The notes under the pieces are model-generated. The model saw only the letters and a program-made list of their open reading frames with translations, had not been told where the DNA came from and searched no databases. The translations under genes were made by a program, and so were the position numbers. This document shows, piece after piece, positions 43,687 through 64,000 of a DNA stretch of 64,000 bases. Source of the stretch: Bugula neritina (taxonomy: Eukaryota; Animalia; Bryozoa); contig OZ037769.1 in assembly GCA_964035545.1 (NCBI GenBank), positions 2,046,001 to 2,110,000 of the forward strand. Direction: 5' to 3'. Each line of letters starts with the position of its first letter. Position 1 is the stretch's first letter.

Positions 43687-46600
43687 TCAGTCTCCATATT
43701 TTAGTTTGAGGTCTTCCATTCCATCCAACTCTGTCTTTATGTACATATCCATGATTTCATTCTGTTCTACAGTCAACTGAGACCTCCATCCTCCACTCTT
43801 ACCTGTATATTGAAAGATAATTTTTTTCTTGCAAGTTGTTATTTACAATCTTTTTCCACTGCTTAATAATTAAAATCAAACAATAGGCTAGATGTATTGT
43901 AGTATCTTACCACTTCTATAAATAGCGTGACCTCTCCCGACCTCTTTCTTCTTGTTTTCAAAGACATTAGCCTTAGTGACTTTACGAATCTGCTCTTCTG
44001 TTAAGTTTACTCCCAGGAACTCTGCTATTTTTCTGACATTTCCTTCTAAATCCTGAAATACAAACAGCTAGCATGATCAAGTAGCCTTACATTGAACGAT
44101 GATATTAAAATAATGACCGATTGCAATTTCTAAATTCATAATGGAAAAGCTAAGCTGTTATTCAGGAGCTACGATATTTTCAAAATCCTACAACTTTCAA
44201 ATTTTAATAATTATAGACTCACCTCTTTCATGGCTTCAAACTGAAGGTTCAGCACATTTTCATTGTTCCTATATGGATACCATGTCTTCATGTAGTGAGC
44301 ATAACTCCCATATACCACTACAATTATAATATGCTTCACATAAATGACAATGATAACTATAAAAGGTTGGTTATAGTGAGTGATAACCCATTCACACTGA
44401 AGCTAAAAGTAAACAATCATCACTGTTTGTAGGTCACACCTATCTAGTTTCTGATTAGTGATGCATTCAAGGTAGTGAATCAATTTCACTGGTTGTTATT
44501 GAAGCATTGGTAGACTATAAGGTTGTTGGACTTGTTGTAAGTTTTACTACTCAAAGTATTATTAAGCTGATTAGAAATGTATTAAACATGAATAGTATTT
44601 TGTAAAAGTTGTAATAATAATCAGATAAAATTGACAAATATTAATATTTAATCAAATATTAGTTATTGCAAGAACCAAACTCTAATTCTATTGGTTGGTA
44701 GACTAGATTCTTACTCTCTGTTTGCTAGCGCCACATACCATGAGCCAGGAGAAAAGGCTATGGTCAGATCATATCAACAAACGTAAGCGCTTACTTTGAG
44801 TTGTAGACCAGATGGGTAGTTACTGCATGCTCACCATTGCCTTCAATAAAGTTTGTAAAGAAGGTTTTCCATGAAGTATCCTCTCTTATGACTTTCACCT
44901 TTTTTATGAAAGGAAAGAAACTGCATACTGCGTCTTTAGGGTTTCTCATACAGAAAATAACCTATAGATACAACACAGACAGCATACAATATATCACCTA
45001 AACTCTACTTGAACATTATACGCTGCAGATGTTTTATATTCACTGCGGTATATAATTTGGGCTAAATTCAGTTTGTGAAATTTTGAAGTCAGTAGGCTTT
45101 TCATATAAACTTTTCTCTCTGCATAATAGTATCTACTAGAATAATAAAAGAGTAAAATTAACATGTAATGCTAAGCAATTGTATTTCAATCAACAAGTCT
45201 ATGAATAACGCTTATATACAGTAAATGTCTTTAAACAATGCTATGATAAAAGAGCTGTTTATATATTAGACTGTGGCAGCATTCAGAGGAAAAGTCAAAA
45301 TTTATGAAAACTACTGAAAAAAACTATGAAAGCGATATTTAAAACATTCATGACAATTTTTATTTATAGCTATAAAAACCACTAAATAGAAGCTGTACGT
45401 TTTTATAAAAATTAAGCTAGTTATAAGTCGTGTCCATATCAGACCTGGCTATACTACTTTTTAACCTAGAGTTCTATTTATCAAAGTGCTAGCAGTCACT
45501 AAAGATTACCTTGACCTTCTTTTCCCTAACTGCTGGAGGCAAAAAGTCCCACGGAAGATGAGTGACAAAGATTCGTGGACTTTTACAAGTCTCTAAATGC
45601 CCCAGAGGGCCAGCTCCTTGTTTTTGACCTTTTAAATATATGAAATAAAACTTAAATAAAATAGCTAAAATTAGTATTTAAGATTAGAACATGAGTCAAC
45701 AAAAGCAACAATGGTATATTACATATATTACAAAAATATTTCTAAAAACAAAATCATGTTTATATGATGTTGAAGTAACAGGCAAAAGTTTAGCTGAATT
45801 ATTTTACTAGTTTCTTTCAATAACCCTAAGTATGTAGACTATACATCATTGTAAATACCACAGTCTAAAAATTTGCAAAATAGTGAATTTATAAAATTTG
45901 TATAAGAACATTGCTTTCACTGCAAACTGATCCAAGGTGGGTTATAAGTTATAAGCAATTACCTGAAATAATTCTCATAATAGTTGGAGGTCTCATTTCC
46001 ATAGCAGCTATATGATCATACTGACCATTAGGTGCTACCAAGCCCTTTTCCTCAAAAATAGAGTAGACAATTCCCATAGTGAAATGCGTTCCTATCAACG
46101 ACAATAAATAGCTTAAGCTCACAACGTTCCTAGCAGTTATTGAGAGTGAATTGAAATGAAGTTAAAGTTAATTAGTATAGTGTAGATGCATGGTACTGGA
46201 AAGAAAATGGTGGTGGCATTTAAACATGTTTGAATACACACTACTCTGAACACCAAATGAATACACTTTAGCTATATACTATATATGCATTATATAATAC
46301 ATAATCACAAACACATATGTATATACTAAATATAATCCTATATGTTTATATATTATATTGTAAAATAGCAATTAAATTTGAAAAACCACGAATATATTTC
46401 ATAATTTAACTTATTGTGAGAAAGTTGTCACGACAGTTGTGTCACTAATAAAAACGCCAAAATGCTTCATACCCAAATGTCTAACATAATACAATTGAAT
46501 AATATAATATATTGGCATATAAATATGGATTATTCATGATATACAAAGGGATGAACTATATACTAAATTTGCAAACATTTATCATTAGTTAACCTTATAT

Positions 46601-47320
46601 ATAAAGTTAATTGGAACACCTTACACAAGCTAGTGACTGTTTAAAAAGTGACAGATGTCAAAACTTTGGGTAATGTCAAAATGTTGCACCATGTTCACTT
46701 GATGGCTGCATGATGGTTTATAGGTGGTTATCACATTATAGTCATTGTGATAATAATTGGTTTCACACTACAAAGCAATCATGGGTCATGACTGACATCA
46801 AAATGAGCAGCTTTTTGTAGTATGTATCTAATTATAGCATGTGTAGTAGCTAACTATAGCATGCATAGCATTTAACTTAAGCATGCGTATTGTCTAACTC
46901 TAGCATGTGTAATGTCTAACCCTAACATGTAAAGTATTTAACTTTGATTATCTTAATATTTATTGAAGACTGCCACATAATGTTATAGAGCTTCACCTCA
47001 CTAAGTGTACTAGCATTGATATTTTCTTAGATAAGTATAGACTTTCTTTTTAGATAAGATCAAACTTTGGATAAAATAGACTGCAGTCTGAAAATATTTC
47101 TATTAGCAAGCGCAAGCAATATTATAGGAGTAAGAGCATATCATAAATAAGAAGGACTAGCACAACTTTCTCTTTAGATAGGGCAACATTTAAACAATCT
47201 ATTAAAAACATGCTTCTTGTATTTCAGTGAACTTGACTACTGTTTCTAGTGTTTCAGTTTTCCAACTTGGAAACCTAATTCACATTTTAAGCTACACTTC
47301 AAAGTTTGACAGATTTTCCT

Positions 47321-47396
<76 letters not shown>

Positions 47397-48493
47397 TTGG
47401 CTTTTACAAAGCAAAATAAAATATACTACGACTATATTAGCTGAAGATTGGACTGATCTATATTTGATAACATTTTATAAACGAATTTTAAATGAACTTT
47501 TGGAAAATTTTGAAAACTCATTTTGATTAATTTGAAATTTTTATTGTGGCTGGTGAGTAAAAAAGTTTGTTTTTACCCCCCAAGAAATTATCTAAATTGA
47601 AAACTCAGTTTGGCTTCAAAGCTGTACTATGACCTTTGTGTCTATGTTGCCTATTTAAGGTTGCAACATAATAACAATATTTATAACAAAAATTTACCTG
47701 TTTTAGGGTAAGTGCTAATTATAACATCATCTGTTTTAAAACTGTCAAACTCTTTTAATGCTTCTATCATATCTTCACTATTCATACGCCTTGACAGTTT
47801 TAATCCATCCATTTGAAAGAACCCAATTATACCATATTTCTCCTTCAGGACCCCTGAAAAGCAATGAACAGAGGTTAGGTGCAGTTAGGTGTTCTTTTAG
47901 TGAGACATGCATTCTATTTTGAATAAAGAGTTAGAAACTATATTGTTTGTTTATAATATTTCATAGAGCTCATACAAACTTATAACAAAAAAGCTTAGAA
48001 TAACTCAATTTTCATATTTTCTGAATTTCAAAAAAGTTAATCAGGATATTATATAAGAGTTCGCAAATCTAGTTGGTTATTATATTGATCAACAAATAGT
48101 TAAATATCATATGCTAACTTTCAACCTGCGATGAGGTGCAGCTAGACTTTTTTGCTATGTTTTCATTACAATTGTTACAAGAAAATTTAAAGAGGCATGA
48201 GTGTAGTTATAGTTGAGAAGATGAGATAAGTTTTAGCTCTAAACGAAAAGTCACAAATTTGATGATGATATTCATATAATAAAAGAACTTGTACTATTGA
48301 AATTTCTCAATTACTGCACCTAAGTATATAACTTTGCAGCTCACCAAAACTTCCAAGCACACTTTTAGTTATATATTGAAGTACGAAGTTGGTTTTCTGA
48401 CTTACCCAATTTGAGCTTAAAAGCATTAATCCAGGAAAGAATATAAAGAACAACTATTCCTATATAGTTTTTAATTGTGTTCTTTATTGTCAT
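43687..48493 (-). CDS. Sulfotransferase B (SULT family, 8 exons)
   Basis: Exons approx. 48493-48406 (MTIKNTIKNYIGIVVLYILSWINAFKLKLG), 47853-47698 (DDVIISTYPKTG), 46092-45963, 45628-45510 (SPRIFVTHLPW), 44961-44835 (RNPKDAVCSF), 44317-44223, 44052-43911, 43802-43687 (GKSGGWRSQLTVEQNE..KYGD*). Confidence 0.92.
46845..46945. repeat. Degenerate ~19-21 bp tandem repeat (TAGCATGTGTA..TCTAAC) in SULT B intron 2; related array at ~58790-58920 in SULT D
   Basis: Five imperfect units visible. A similar array lies in the homologous intron of SULT D. Confidence 0.6.
47324..47393. repeat. (TA)n microsatellite
   Basis: Pure TA run. Confidence 0.95.
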
Positions 48494-49825
48494 TGTGATT
48501 ATCACCAGCTTTGAATAAAAGTATGTATACCAGCTAAGTAGTAGCTTAACCTGTCACTAATGCAGCCACACTCAACTGCAGTGCGAGCCGGTGGTTATCT
48601 ATCTGCTAGTTTATTACTGACTTTGATAAGAGCCCTTTTGTCAAATCCACTTCCACGTACTCAATTTTTACTCAGCATACAATCAAACTAGCGGTCATGG
48701 GATAAGCACGTACGCCGTGAAAGTTAGTTTCCAGTTCAATGCACACACTCCCATTGTCCGGACTAAAAACTAATGTCAACTAATGGAACGATATTATTTA
48801 GCTAAGCAGATTGTTAAACAAACATTTGAAAACACAAAGGAGTTACATTTTTTGACACGATTTGCCAACACCCTGAAATGACTGTGCATATTATTAAGCA
48901 ACAAGCCACGTGATCCAGGGTGTTGGGGTTTGTGAAAAGTATGTTTTTAGTCATTCCACTGTTATATTTAGTTTTGCTAATTCAGTGATAAATAGTGGTA
49001 GGTGCTCTGCAAGTGTTGGACTTCAAATACCTAAAATGTATTGCTCAGAGTTAAAAATTTAAATCTTTTGGCTTAATAGAATTTTATGCAATACTAGAAA
49101 TATCCTAAAAGCCATGCACAAAGCAGAAGTACTCCTAATTGCTTGTATTGTGCTTTCAGTTTGATAGCTTGGCTTCAATTTTATTATCTTGATTTCATTT
49201 TTATTTAACCATTTATAAGTTAAACATTAATTTTGTAATCAACTCAAACAATATTATATATAGTTGCATTTAATATATTATTCCAATTATATCATTACTA
49301 TAACATTGTACAAATACGGACATGCACAAATGCTTCATATATATGAGTTGATACAAGCTTTGCAGTAGCAGTGTTTTATATCTACAATATATCATGACAT
49401 ATTTTGTTATAATCTTTCTGCACCATTATTTCAAGATATGCAATAATAAAGTATATTAAAATATTTTGATAAAATACGTAAGCATCACTCATTACACTAT
49501 AGCTTAATTATGCTCTTTACATAATTATTGTGGTTAAAAAGCCTCACTGTCAGCACTTTTAAAGCATGTTGCACAAGTTCAATAAGCACTTCTAAACTAA
49601 AACTTGGCTTTCACATGTATTGGCAGTTATCAATACTTGTAAAAACAGATCAAAACACTCAATTACATTAAATTGGTTTGGTGAGTTCTAAGCAACCAAT
49701 AATTGAATATAAATTTTATCATTCTGAATTGCATAAAACTCGGCAGTTTCTTAAAAGATATAACAAACACACCTTAAGGCTGAAAATCATATGAAATTCA
49801 ATAAAACAAATATATTTACAAAATA

Positions 49826-52800
49826 TTAGTCTCCATATTTTAGTTTCAAGTCTTCCATTCCATCCAATTCTGTGTTTATCCATTCATCCATAACTTCATT
49901 CTGTTCTACAGTCAACTGGGATCTCCACCCTCCACTTTTACCTATTGGAAAATGTGTTTTTATAATTACAGTTTGTGAAGTCTTTTTCATGCACTACTTT
50001 ATAATCAACATCTAATAAAAGGCTAAATCAACTGTGGTGGTTATAGTGTATTACCCTGTCTATAAATAGCATGACCCCTCCCGACCTCTTTCTTCTTGCT
50101 CTCAAATGTGTTAGCCTCAGTGACTCTACGAATCTGTTCTTCCGTTAAATCTAATCCCAGAAACTTTGCTATTCTTCTGACATTTCCTTCTAAATCCTGT
50201 TTTAAATATAAATAATAAATAAATAAGATAAATAATATCAGCGACTAGAAACATATTAAAGATCCTCTTGATGTATTGTGACAGCATTTTATGCAGGCTG
50301 CTATAGCTAAGCCCACCATTAAGTAAAGGCTGTTATAAAAGTTAATACAACTAATCTACATGTATATGCTATACACACTTCTACCAATGTCAAAATCAAT
50401 GCAGTATTACCTCTTTCATTTCCTCAAACTGTAGGTTCAGTACATTTTCATTGTTTCTATATGGATACCATGTTCTCATGTAGTGAGCATAACTCCCATA
50501 TAACACTGCAAATATTATAGCAATATATATGACGGGATATATAAATGCTATAAAGTTTATGAATGCTGACAAAACCACTAAAAGAATAACTCGTACTGTA
50601 TATGCATAGAATTACTTTACTAAATAAACTTTAATTTTATTACGAACTCACCATTGCCTTCAAGGAAGTTTGTAAAAAATGTTTTCCAAGGGGTATCAGC
50701 TCTTAGCCCTCCCCTTTTCTTTACATAAGGAAAATAGCTGCAGACTGTGTCTTTAGGGTTTCTCATGCAGAAAATGACCTATAGATAAAGCACAGACAGC
50801 ATATAATATAATATATAGTAGCAAGTAGGTATATATAGTCTGCTCAATTATTGATGGTACCATTACAACACTATACACACAGCTGTTTTATATATTCACT
50901 GTGAAGTAAGTGTTTGATAAATTCAGTAAAAAATGTTCTATAAAAAATGAGCTATCTAATTTATATAACTATAGTTGCCTGACTATCTAATTTATAAAAA
51001 ATGATTTAGCAGTTTAGCTTCTCACACACAAACATATTGATTTTGCCTTTTTGCGACACATAATACATATTGTATAGTTCATTGCAAATTAAATAGTTAG
51101 AAAAAACACTTTTAATGAATTTGGCATATTTTAGTTTGTAAATTTAACTATATAATGTAATTATTTTCAATTTATTTTAGCCGTACTTCAGTAAACTCAG
51201 CTGTTCTGCAGTATTGCAAGTAAAATATATTAAGAAAATCATTGAAAATTTTTGTTATATGTAATTTAAGAAATAATTGTTATTTTACCATACAGCTGCT
51301 TTCTATAAGCATCACAATATAATAAACCATAAAGAATCATTGCTTAACAATTTTGATGAACTTAAGTTCACATTTATCCCTAGTGTGAACAGAGCGTTGG
51401 GTTTATTATAGTAACAGAGTTCCACTTACCATAGTTATAGCAAACACTAAAGATTACCTTGACCTTTCTTTCCATAACTCTCCGAGGCCAAAGGTCCCAT
51501 GGAAGGTGAGTAATAAATATCCGTGGACTTTTAGATTTCTCTGCATATGCTAGTAGGCCCTGCCCACCTGTTTGTCCTTTCAGCATATAAACACATAGCA
51601 AAGTCAATTTATAACAAGCTAATCTGTTTAGGAACAGTCTTTGCACAAAGGAAACAATGATTTATCATATTTCTAAAATAGTATTGTTTATAAGACATTG
51701 CTTTGGGAACTTGAAATGTCAAAGTCAAAAAAGTTTATACATTCACCATGTTTTTCGTTCATAAGTTCCATTAGGCTAATTAGGCAATTTTATATGGGCA
51801 CTAAATAGAACCACTAAATATATAGTATACTACTACATTAACCTATTCACCTCAAGAGAAAAAATAGTTATGGTTAGAAAACTATATACATTATAGTAGA
51901 TGGTCATGCTATAATAGTTTAGCTTGACCTAATTAGTCTATCAAATTGAAGTTTTGCATAAATATAGATCATAAGAGGACATGTTAACAGCGTTACCAGA
52001 TAATAGCCTCAGGATAGTCGGAAGTTTAATTTCCAGGGTAATCATATGATGTATTTGATTATTAGGGTCCACCAAGCCTTTCTCTTTATAAATAGAGCAG
52101 ACAACTCCCATTGTGAAATGTGTCCCTGTATTGGCAAATATAGAAATATTTAAATATGCAAAACACGCTTCTAAGAAATATGAGTTGCAAATGCATATAA
52201 CAGCAGCAAATAAATGTTAAGGAAGAGAAAAACACAGATTGTTTCACTAATATATAAATATCTAAGACGTGATATATATACTAAAATGTCTAACATAAGA
52301 CAATATATAATGGCACATGAATATTTATTATGCTTTATATACACGTTATAGTGACCTTATAAGACAAATCGATGGTCGCACAGTTTGCAAGCATTTGTTT
52401 TCTATAAAGTTGATGCTGACATTACACACACTCATGGCTCAATTCAACAAATGAAAAACTAAAGTTTTGTTGATGCTGAAAGGTTACACTGTATTTACAA
52501 TTGATGGCTGTATGACAGTATATATGAATTAATGGCTATTGCATTATCCTAATCAATATTGTGATACTATAATAATTGGTTTCGCATGCAGAAACAAGGC
52601 AACAGCAAATTGGGCGATGCCTGCTATAAGAATGAAAAACTTTTTGCAGTTTCCAACTTCAACATGCGATTCATGTGATTCTCACAAGTGTGTGGCCAGG
52701 CCTGAACTTCGAAGCTGCATCGAATTTTGTGTCTAGAATATGTTTATCATATCTAAGATTACAACCTAACAACACTCTTTATAACATAGTTTACCTGTTT

Positions 52801-53753
52801 TAGGGTAGGTACCAATTATTACATCATCTGGTTTAAAGCTGTCAAACACTTTTGCTGCTGCTATCAACTCTTCACTATTTATATGCCTTGAAAGTTTCAA
52901 TCCATCCACTTGAAAGAATCCAATTATACCATATTTCTCTTTTAGTATCCCTGAACAAAAACACAATATAAACAGTGTTTAGACTTTAAATGGGTCTAAG
53001 CTTTGAAGGGTTTGCTACGTTTGTATTTAAAGTCCCAAATTCCTTTTGGTAAGGGTTTCTGTAAGTTGGCTAAATAATTGACTTTATTGATTGAATGCTC
53101 TTATTCTTAACAGAACCAATGGTCTTTACAAAAAGTCAATCCCTTGACCTTATGTTTGCAAAGCCATTACTCGAACCATTATAAACCTCAACTGTTTCTT
53201 ACCATACATCAACATGAAGATAATTAACAATTAATTAAAACAAGGAATCAAGAAGAATACTAACTGTCTCTATTTGAACTGGAGTAACAAAATTTAAAAA
53301 ATGAAGATAATCTTATACAGAAAGTTGAAAATCAACGTCATCAGTGATGCTATCCATAAGTAATTGATATTGCTTACTGAAAACGTAACATCGGCATTTA
53401 ATTTATTTAAAGCAGTTTAGAGATGTAAATACATTAATGGTTAAGCTGAGAAAAGATTTAATGCTCTAGATAGGTTAAGAGTATCACCAACTAAGAGTAA
53501 GTCCATGCAGTCAATGTTTAGAACTAAACATCATGGGAGTAATAAAAGCTTTTTAACTATTTGAGTTAATTTGGTTACTGCACCTAAATAGATAATTTTG
53601 ATGTACCAAACTATTAGCTAAAGTTTTATTTATATTATGTTGTGTTTATATAATTTATAACTTACCCAATTTCACTTTAACAGCATATATCCAGGAGAGA
53701 ATATAAATAACAAACAGTTCTAAATAGTTTTTAGTTGTGTTCTTTAGTGTCAT
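49826..53753 (-). CDS. Sulfotransferase C (SULT family, 8 exons)
   Basis: Exons approx. 53753-53666 (MTLKNTTKNYLELFVIYILSWIYAVKVKLG), 52950-52795 (DDVIIGTYPKTG), 52125-51996, 51576-51458 (SPRIFITHLPW), 50778-50652 (RNPKDTVCSY), 50505-50411, 50196-50055 (YRQG), 49941-49826. Confidence 0.92.
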
Positions 53754-53959
53754 TGTATAATGATTGTATATCCCTATAGCTATAAAGTCACCAGCTTTGA
53801 ATGAGAGTATGTCAAAACAGCCAAGCTAGCGCAGCTTTCCCTGTCATTAATTCAGCCACATTCAGCTACAGTCGACAATATTTTACCTTCAGTGAATATA
53901 GACCAGTTTAGATGAAAGTTACCTCCACCTATTACTAACAGTGTATAAAAACATACTAT

Positions 53960-54007
53960 TAAGGTCAAATTGAACAAGCCTTCAAACTGGTTCTGAATTT
54001 GACCTTA
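53960..54007. promoter_or_regulatory. Inverted repeat containing AGGTCA nuclear-receptor-type half-sites upstream of SULT C
   Basis: TAAGGTCAAATT (53960-53971) and AATTTGACCTTA (53996-54007) form a perfect 12-bp inverted repeat ~200 bp upstream of the ATG. A homologous block lies upstream of SULT D (60841-60890). The function is inferred only. Confidence 0.35.
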
Positions 54008-54863
54008 GCTCCAAGTCAAATACCAGGACAACGGTGTTCAGTGAAGCATATCTTTAAATAAAGTCATTTGAAATATAAAAACAGTTACATTCTGTGACTG
54101 AATCAGCCAGGATTCTAAAATGGCTGTGCAATTTTTGTATATACTTGTTTTATGGCAAATTACTGACTAGTTATTATAGTAATAATCTTCCCAACTTTGA
54201 TCAACACAAATAAATCTGTGTTTGTTGTAGTGATGGTGGAATTTCAGCAGCGCATTACAAGAATTTTTGACACAACCTAGTTTTATTAACTACTTTTTCA
54301 TAAGTGTTTTAAATATTTACATTATAGTATGTAGCTAGCTAATCATTTCGCCAATTCTTTGTAAAAATTCAAGAGAAACTATAAGCAAAGTCAAGTACAA
54401 GAGGTATTGAGAGTTATCATAACATGTAAACCAAACTTGAATAAAATTATTTCTGGTAAGTTTGACGAAATAACTATTTTTTCTGTAGAATTTCATCTGA
54501 AAAGTTTTATTTTTATGCAAATGATGAGTAATAAAGTAATATTTTGACAATTTTATTTAATACTGACATAGTTGTCATTTTAGAATTCTCTGTTTTATAT
54601 CTATCTATACAAATGCAGATTCTAAAGTTCACATAGCATTTCATTGCAGAGTATATTATATGCAAGTCATGTATTTCTGCTATTAGGTGATTTTGCTTTT
54701 CAAGTGGTTTATGACTTAGAAAAGTACCATGGTCAAGTTCCTAAATACTTTTCATCAAATTGAATTTTAACTAAAACTTTGCTCTTTGTTTAGAAAGGTA
54801 GAATCACACCCCCGGGCATAAAATCATAATAAATTAAATAAAATGAGTTTTAACGATAAATTA

Positions 54864-60663
<5,800 letters not shown>

Positions 60664-61618
60664 TATGATTATACATCAATGATTATCACCAGCTTTGACT
60701 TAAAGTATATGAACCACCTAAGCTAGTAGCGTTCTCTGCCACTAGTGCGGTCACATGCAACTGCAGTCAATGACATTTGGATTGGGCTATACAGAAACGT
60801 TCAAAGCTACTTCACCTCAGGCATGCAGCTATTAACAAACTTAGGGTCATTGAACAAGCCTTCGTACTCTGTACTGAATTGAACCTCATGCTAAGTAATG
60901 TGGTGTTCAGTGGAGCATATCGTCAAGTAAAACTAATTAAAATGTAAAAACAGTTCTATTCCTTGACTTGATAAGCTAAAACTCCCTGTACAATGTAAAA
61001 CAACCCACATTGTGAACTTTTTAATGGAAAGTGCCGGTATTTCAGTCAATGAAATATAATACATAGCTTAATTCAACAAAGTTACATTTCTTTCCATGGT
61101 AATTTGGATATATTTTTTGTTATCTGAAAATACTGTACAACATAACCTAGTTTCTTTTAAACTCGCTGCTTAATTTTGTTGTTAATGTTTTTGATATGCA
61201 ATTAGTATAGTATTAACCCAATGCATACTGCACCAAATTAAAGTATAGCTTTGGGCTATTCATTATACTATGCTCAGTTTTTGCTGCTGTGACTATCAAC
61301 AGCTTGTTTTAAATTCAAGCAAAAATATAAGAAAAGAACTAAATTTTGCAGGTGTTAAGGAGTTATCAATACCTGTAAAACTGATCAAAGTAATCGTCAT
61401 GCAGGAGTAACTTTCCATTGAAGTATGAAAGGATTATAGTGTGCCTCATGCATCACTTCTCCAATGCTAAGTGGTCAGCCTGTCAAGTTGATATGACATA
61501 TTAGTATTATTTTACAAGGGTGAGCTTTAGTCACCTCCTATAAGCTGGTTACTAAACTACAACTTCGATTAGATTGAGTAGACTAGCACCATTTGCAGAT
61601 TGCAAAAGAATACAAAGA

Positions 61619-64000
61619 ATGACACTAACAAACACATTAAACAATATGGTGTTTTACATCTCCCACTATATCAACTCTTGGATCAATTATGCAAAGTTAA
61701 AGTTGGGTAAGTAGCATTTATAAGCAACTGCAAATTTTTATTCATGTCAATTCCAACTACTAGGTTTGACACTGAGCTATACTGAGGTATAGCTATGCCA
61801 GAAGTGTGAAAAGTAAGTAGTAACACTATGCCGCCTGTAATATGCATGGTGTGGATAAATTCAAAGTCTCACTACTCTAGTCAAATAGCTGTTTTAACCC
61901 TGTGTGTGCTGATATTAAGTTTTGTGTTTATGCTAACATACCTGTCTTTGTTAGTGACTAGCTATTAATAGAGGCTGAAATTTATAATTATTATCAAAAT
62001 CAATGTGACAGCTAATCAGGAGCATGATGTGTAATCTCTAAAGTTTTTTCTGAATGTAAAAACAGCTGCAATCAGGCAGCTATATAGTAGAATGAATAAA
62101 GTTCTTACTATATTTTTGTCATATTGTTAGCTTAAAACTCAAAATATATTGGTTTAGATAATGTTAAATAATTATAATATGCTTGGGTAAGTTTAAAAAG
62201 TGATGGCCATAATGCAACTTCATTATAAGAACGTGAATGTTTAAGAAATTATTCACTGCAATTTAAAAAAATTGTGTTGGTTTTGAGTTTCCTATCTCTA
62301 TGTGAACCCTTGATGGAGAGAGCTTTTTAAGCAGGTAGAGGATTTTTGCTTTCTGATATCACCCATGGCGCTGCTAAACTTACGCTCCCTTATCTACTGC
62401 AATACAACATGTGATGCAAGGAATAAGTATGTAGTTTGACACTATATACTCTAGCCATTTTCTTTTTACTAAATAGACAAGTATAGTGATTAAGTAATAC
62501 AAATTATTTCAGTATAGGTGTATTTGGTATTAGGTATACACAATGTATTTTATGTTATAGCAAACCATCTTTAATTGCTAGGTATTGCAAACTGATTCCT
62601 CTATAGAAACTCTTTGTGTTCTACAGGCACTATGTTGTAGTTTATTCACTCCCAAAATAATATGTTCATGTATGTTTATACTAAGCCTTCTTGTTGAAAT
62701 ATTCCTAAACTCTGCATACTCTACTAAGTGGGGCGCTACTAGATACACCCTATAATCTGTAGGTCTAATCAAGGAGAAACATGGTATAATGGGATACTTT
62801 CAGTATGAAGGACTCACTCTATCCTCAACTATTCATAATGAAGATGTGATGAAGTCTATTAGAGATTATGATGACTTCAAACCAGATGATGTTATGCTAG
62901 TCACTTATCCAAAGACAGGTGGTTGCTATATGCTTTAACTTTACTCTATTTCTACTGCCCTTTAGCCAAAAGACGAACTTATACTATATGATCGTTATCT
63001 AAATAATAACAGCTTAAATTTAAATGTCTGTTTTAGGAACACACTTTACTATTGGAATAATGACATCTATATATGAAGAAAAGAGGTTGATGACTCCGAA
63101 AAACGCAAACAACCACATGCCCCGTCTTGAAATGCCTCTCTTCTTAGGTAAATCTGGAGGTAATAAATTTTACTATCTTACAATAAAACTACAATAGTTT
63201 ATTATTGAAGTTTCTAAGTTTTTAGACAGTGTATAGATGCTACATTCATATATAGGGAAATACTGTAGAGCAATGCGTAAAATATTCTACAACATATACA
63301 TTGTATCTTTTTATAGTAATCTGAATTATTATATACACAATTCCTAAGATTTGAAAATGAATAATATTATTAAACTTATTGCATATAATAAATTGCCAAT
63401 ACACCAAGGCTGAAGATTTTTCTTTGACTTGTAATAAAAATATCCAAGTATATAGGCCTAATGAACAAAATTGATGTGGTAGAAATTAGAATAAAATTGT
63501 GAAAAATGTTGAGTGAGAAGTTATAATTTAGAATCATTGTTAAAAACATTATGAATCAATAATTAAATCATAGTTTCCTTCAAATAATGCATGTGCTAAT
63601 TTATTTTGATACAGTCTGAGGCTTGTATATACCAGCTTCACTGCAAGAAAAAATACCATTCGCTTTAGTTGTTACATAACTTGTGAGTAAATACTTTCAG
63701 GCAGCAAGAGAAGCAGCGACCCTTTAGCCTTCCTTGACAACATTCCTTCACCACGAGTCATTGTCACTCATCTGCCTTGGAACTTTCTTCCCTCCAGAGT
63801 AAGAGAAGGTAAAGTCAAGGTGAGTGCATGAGGTACGAATTTATTCTTCAGCATCGAGCAAACTTATACAACTACCGCCAATTGTATAGTTTATTTTATT
63901 TTCAATATTATACGCAGGTGATACACTGCATAAGGAACCCAAAGGATACAGTATGCAGCTATTTCCCATTTTTACAAAAAGTGAGAGTTTTAAGTTCTGC
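61619..64000 (+). CDS. Sulfotransferase E (SULT family), 5' part; continues beyond the window
   Basis: Exons 61619-61706 (MTLTNTLNNMVFYISHYINSWINYAKLKLG; same 88-bp size as paralogs), 62763-62918 (FKPDDVMLVTYPKTG), 63037-63147 (THFTIGI..), 63701-63819 (SPRVIVTHLPW), 63918-end (VIHCIRNPKDTVCSYFPF). Absent from the ORF track. Confidence 0.9.

Noticed and set aside
48865-48926. 11-bp inverted repeat CCAACACCCTG/CAGGGTGTTGG upstream of SULT B
   Set aside because: No target duplication and not preserved in the C/D homologous region. Insufficient evidence for a MITE or a structured RNA.
62160-62192. Alternative first exon for SULT E ending TTGG|GTAAGT
   Set aside because: The nearby ATG is out of phase with exon 2, and the in-phase frame has a stop just upstream with no ATG after it.
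62578-62772. Minus-strand 64-aa ORF
   Set aside because: It lies antisense in SULT E intron 1 with no recognisable motif or splice support.

Overview
AT-rich eukaryotic genomic DNA with compact GT-AG introns; the style suggests an invertebrate (probably lophotrochozoan), which is an inference. The ORF track shows only single exons, so I spliced the gene models by hand and exon boundaries may be off by a few bp. The window holds three interleaved tandem gene families. (1) Two paralogous 15-exon genes (- strand, 203-8939 and 9907-21289) encode ~1150-aa type I membrane proteins: signal peptide, two tandem class C GPCR-type Venus flytrap (VFT) modules, one transmembrane helix, and a ~160-aa enzyme-less tail with conserved YxxP, PxxP and PxPxPR motifs. 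There is no 7TM, kinase or cyclase domain. This is the best candidate for an undescribed system. (2) Five SULT-family (cytosolic-type) sulfotransferases: four complete 8-exon genes on - and one on + that runs off the window. All have an unusual 30-aa hydrophobic N-terminal exon and a shortened active-site cap. (3) Three intact genes plus one pseudogene for secreted PAN/apple-like + F-type lectin proteins, inserted inside the sulfotransferase array, with a substituted fucose-binding motif. Introns and intergenic DNA carry a deleted pogo-like transposon, two MITEs, tRNA-derived SINE-like heads, a probable solo LTR and (TA)n microsatellites.
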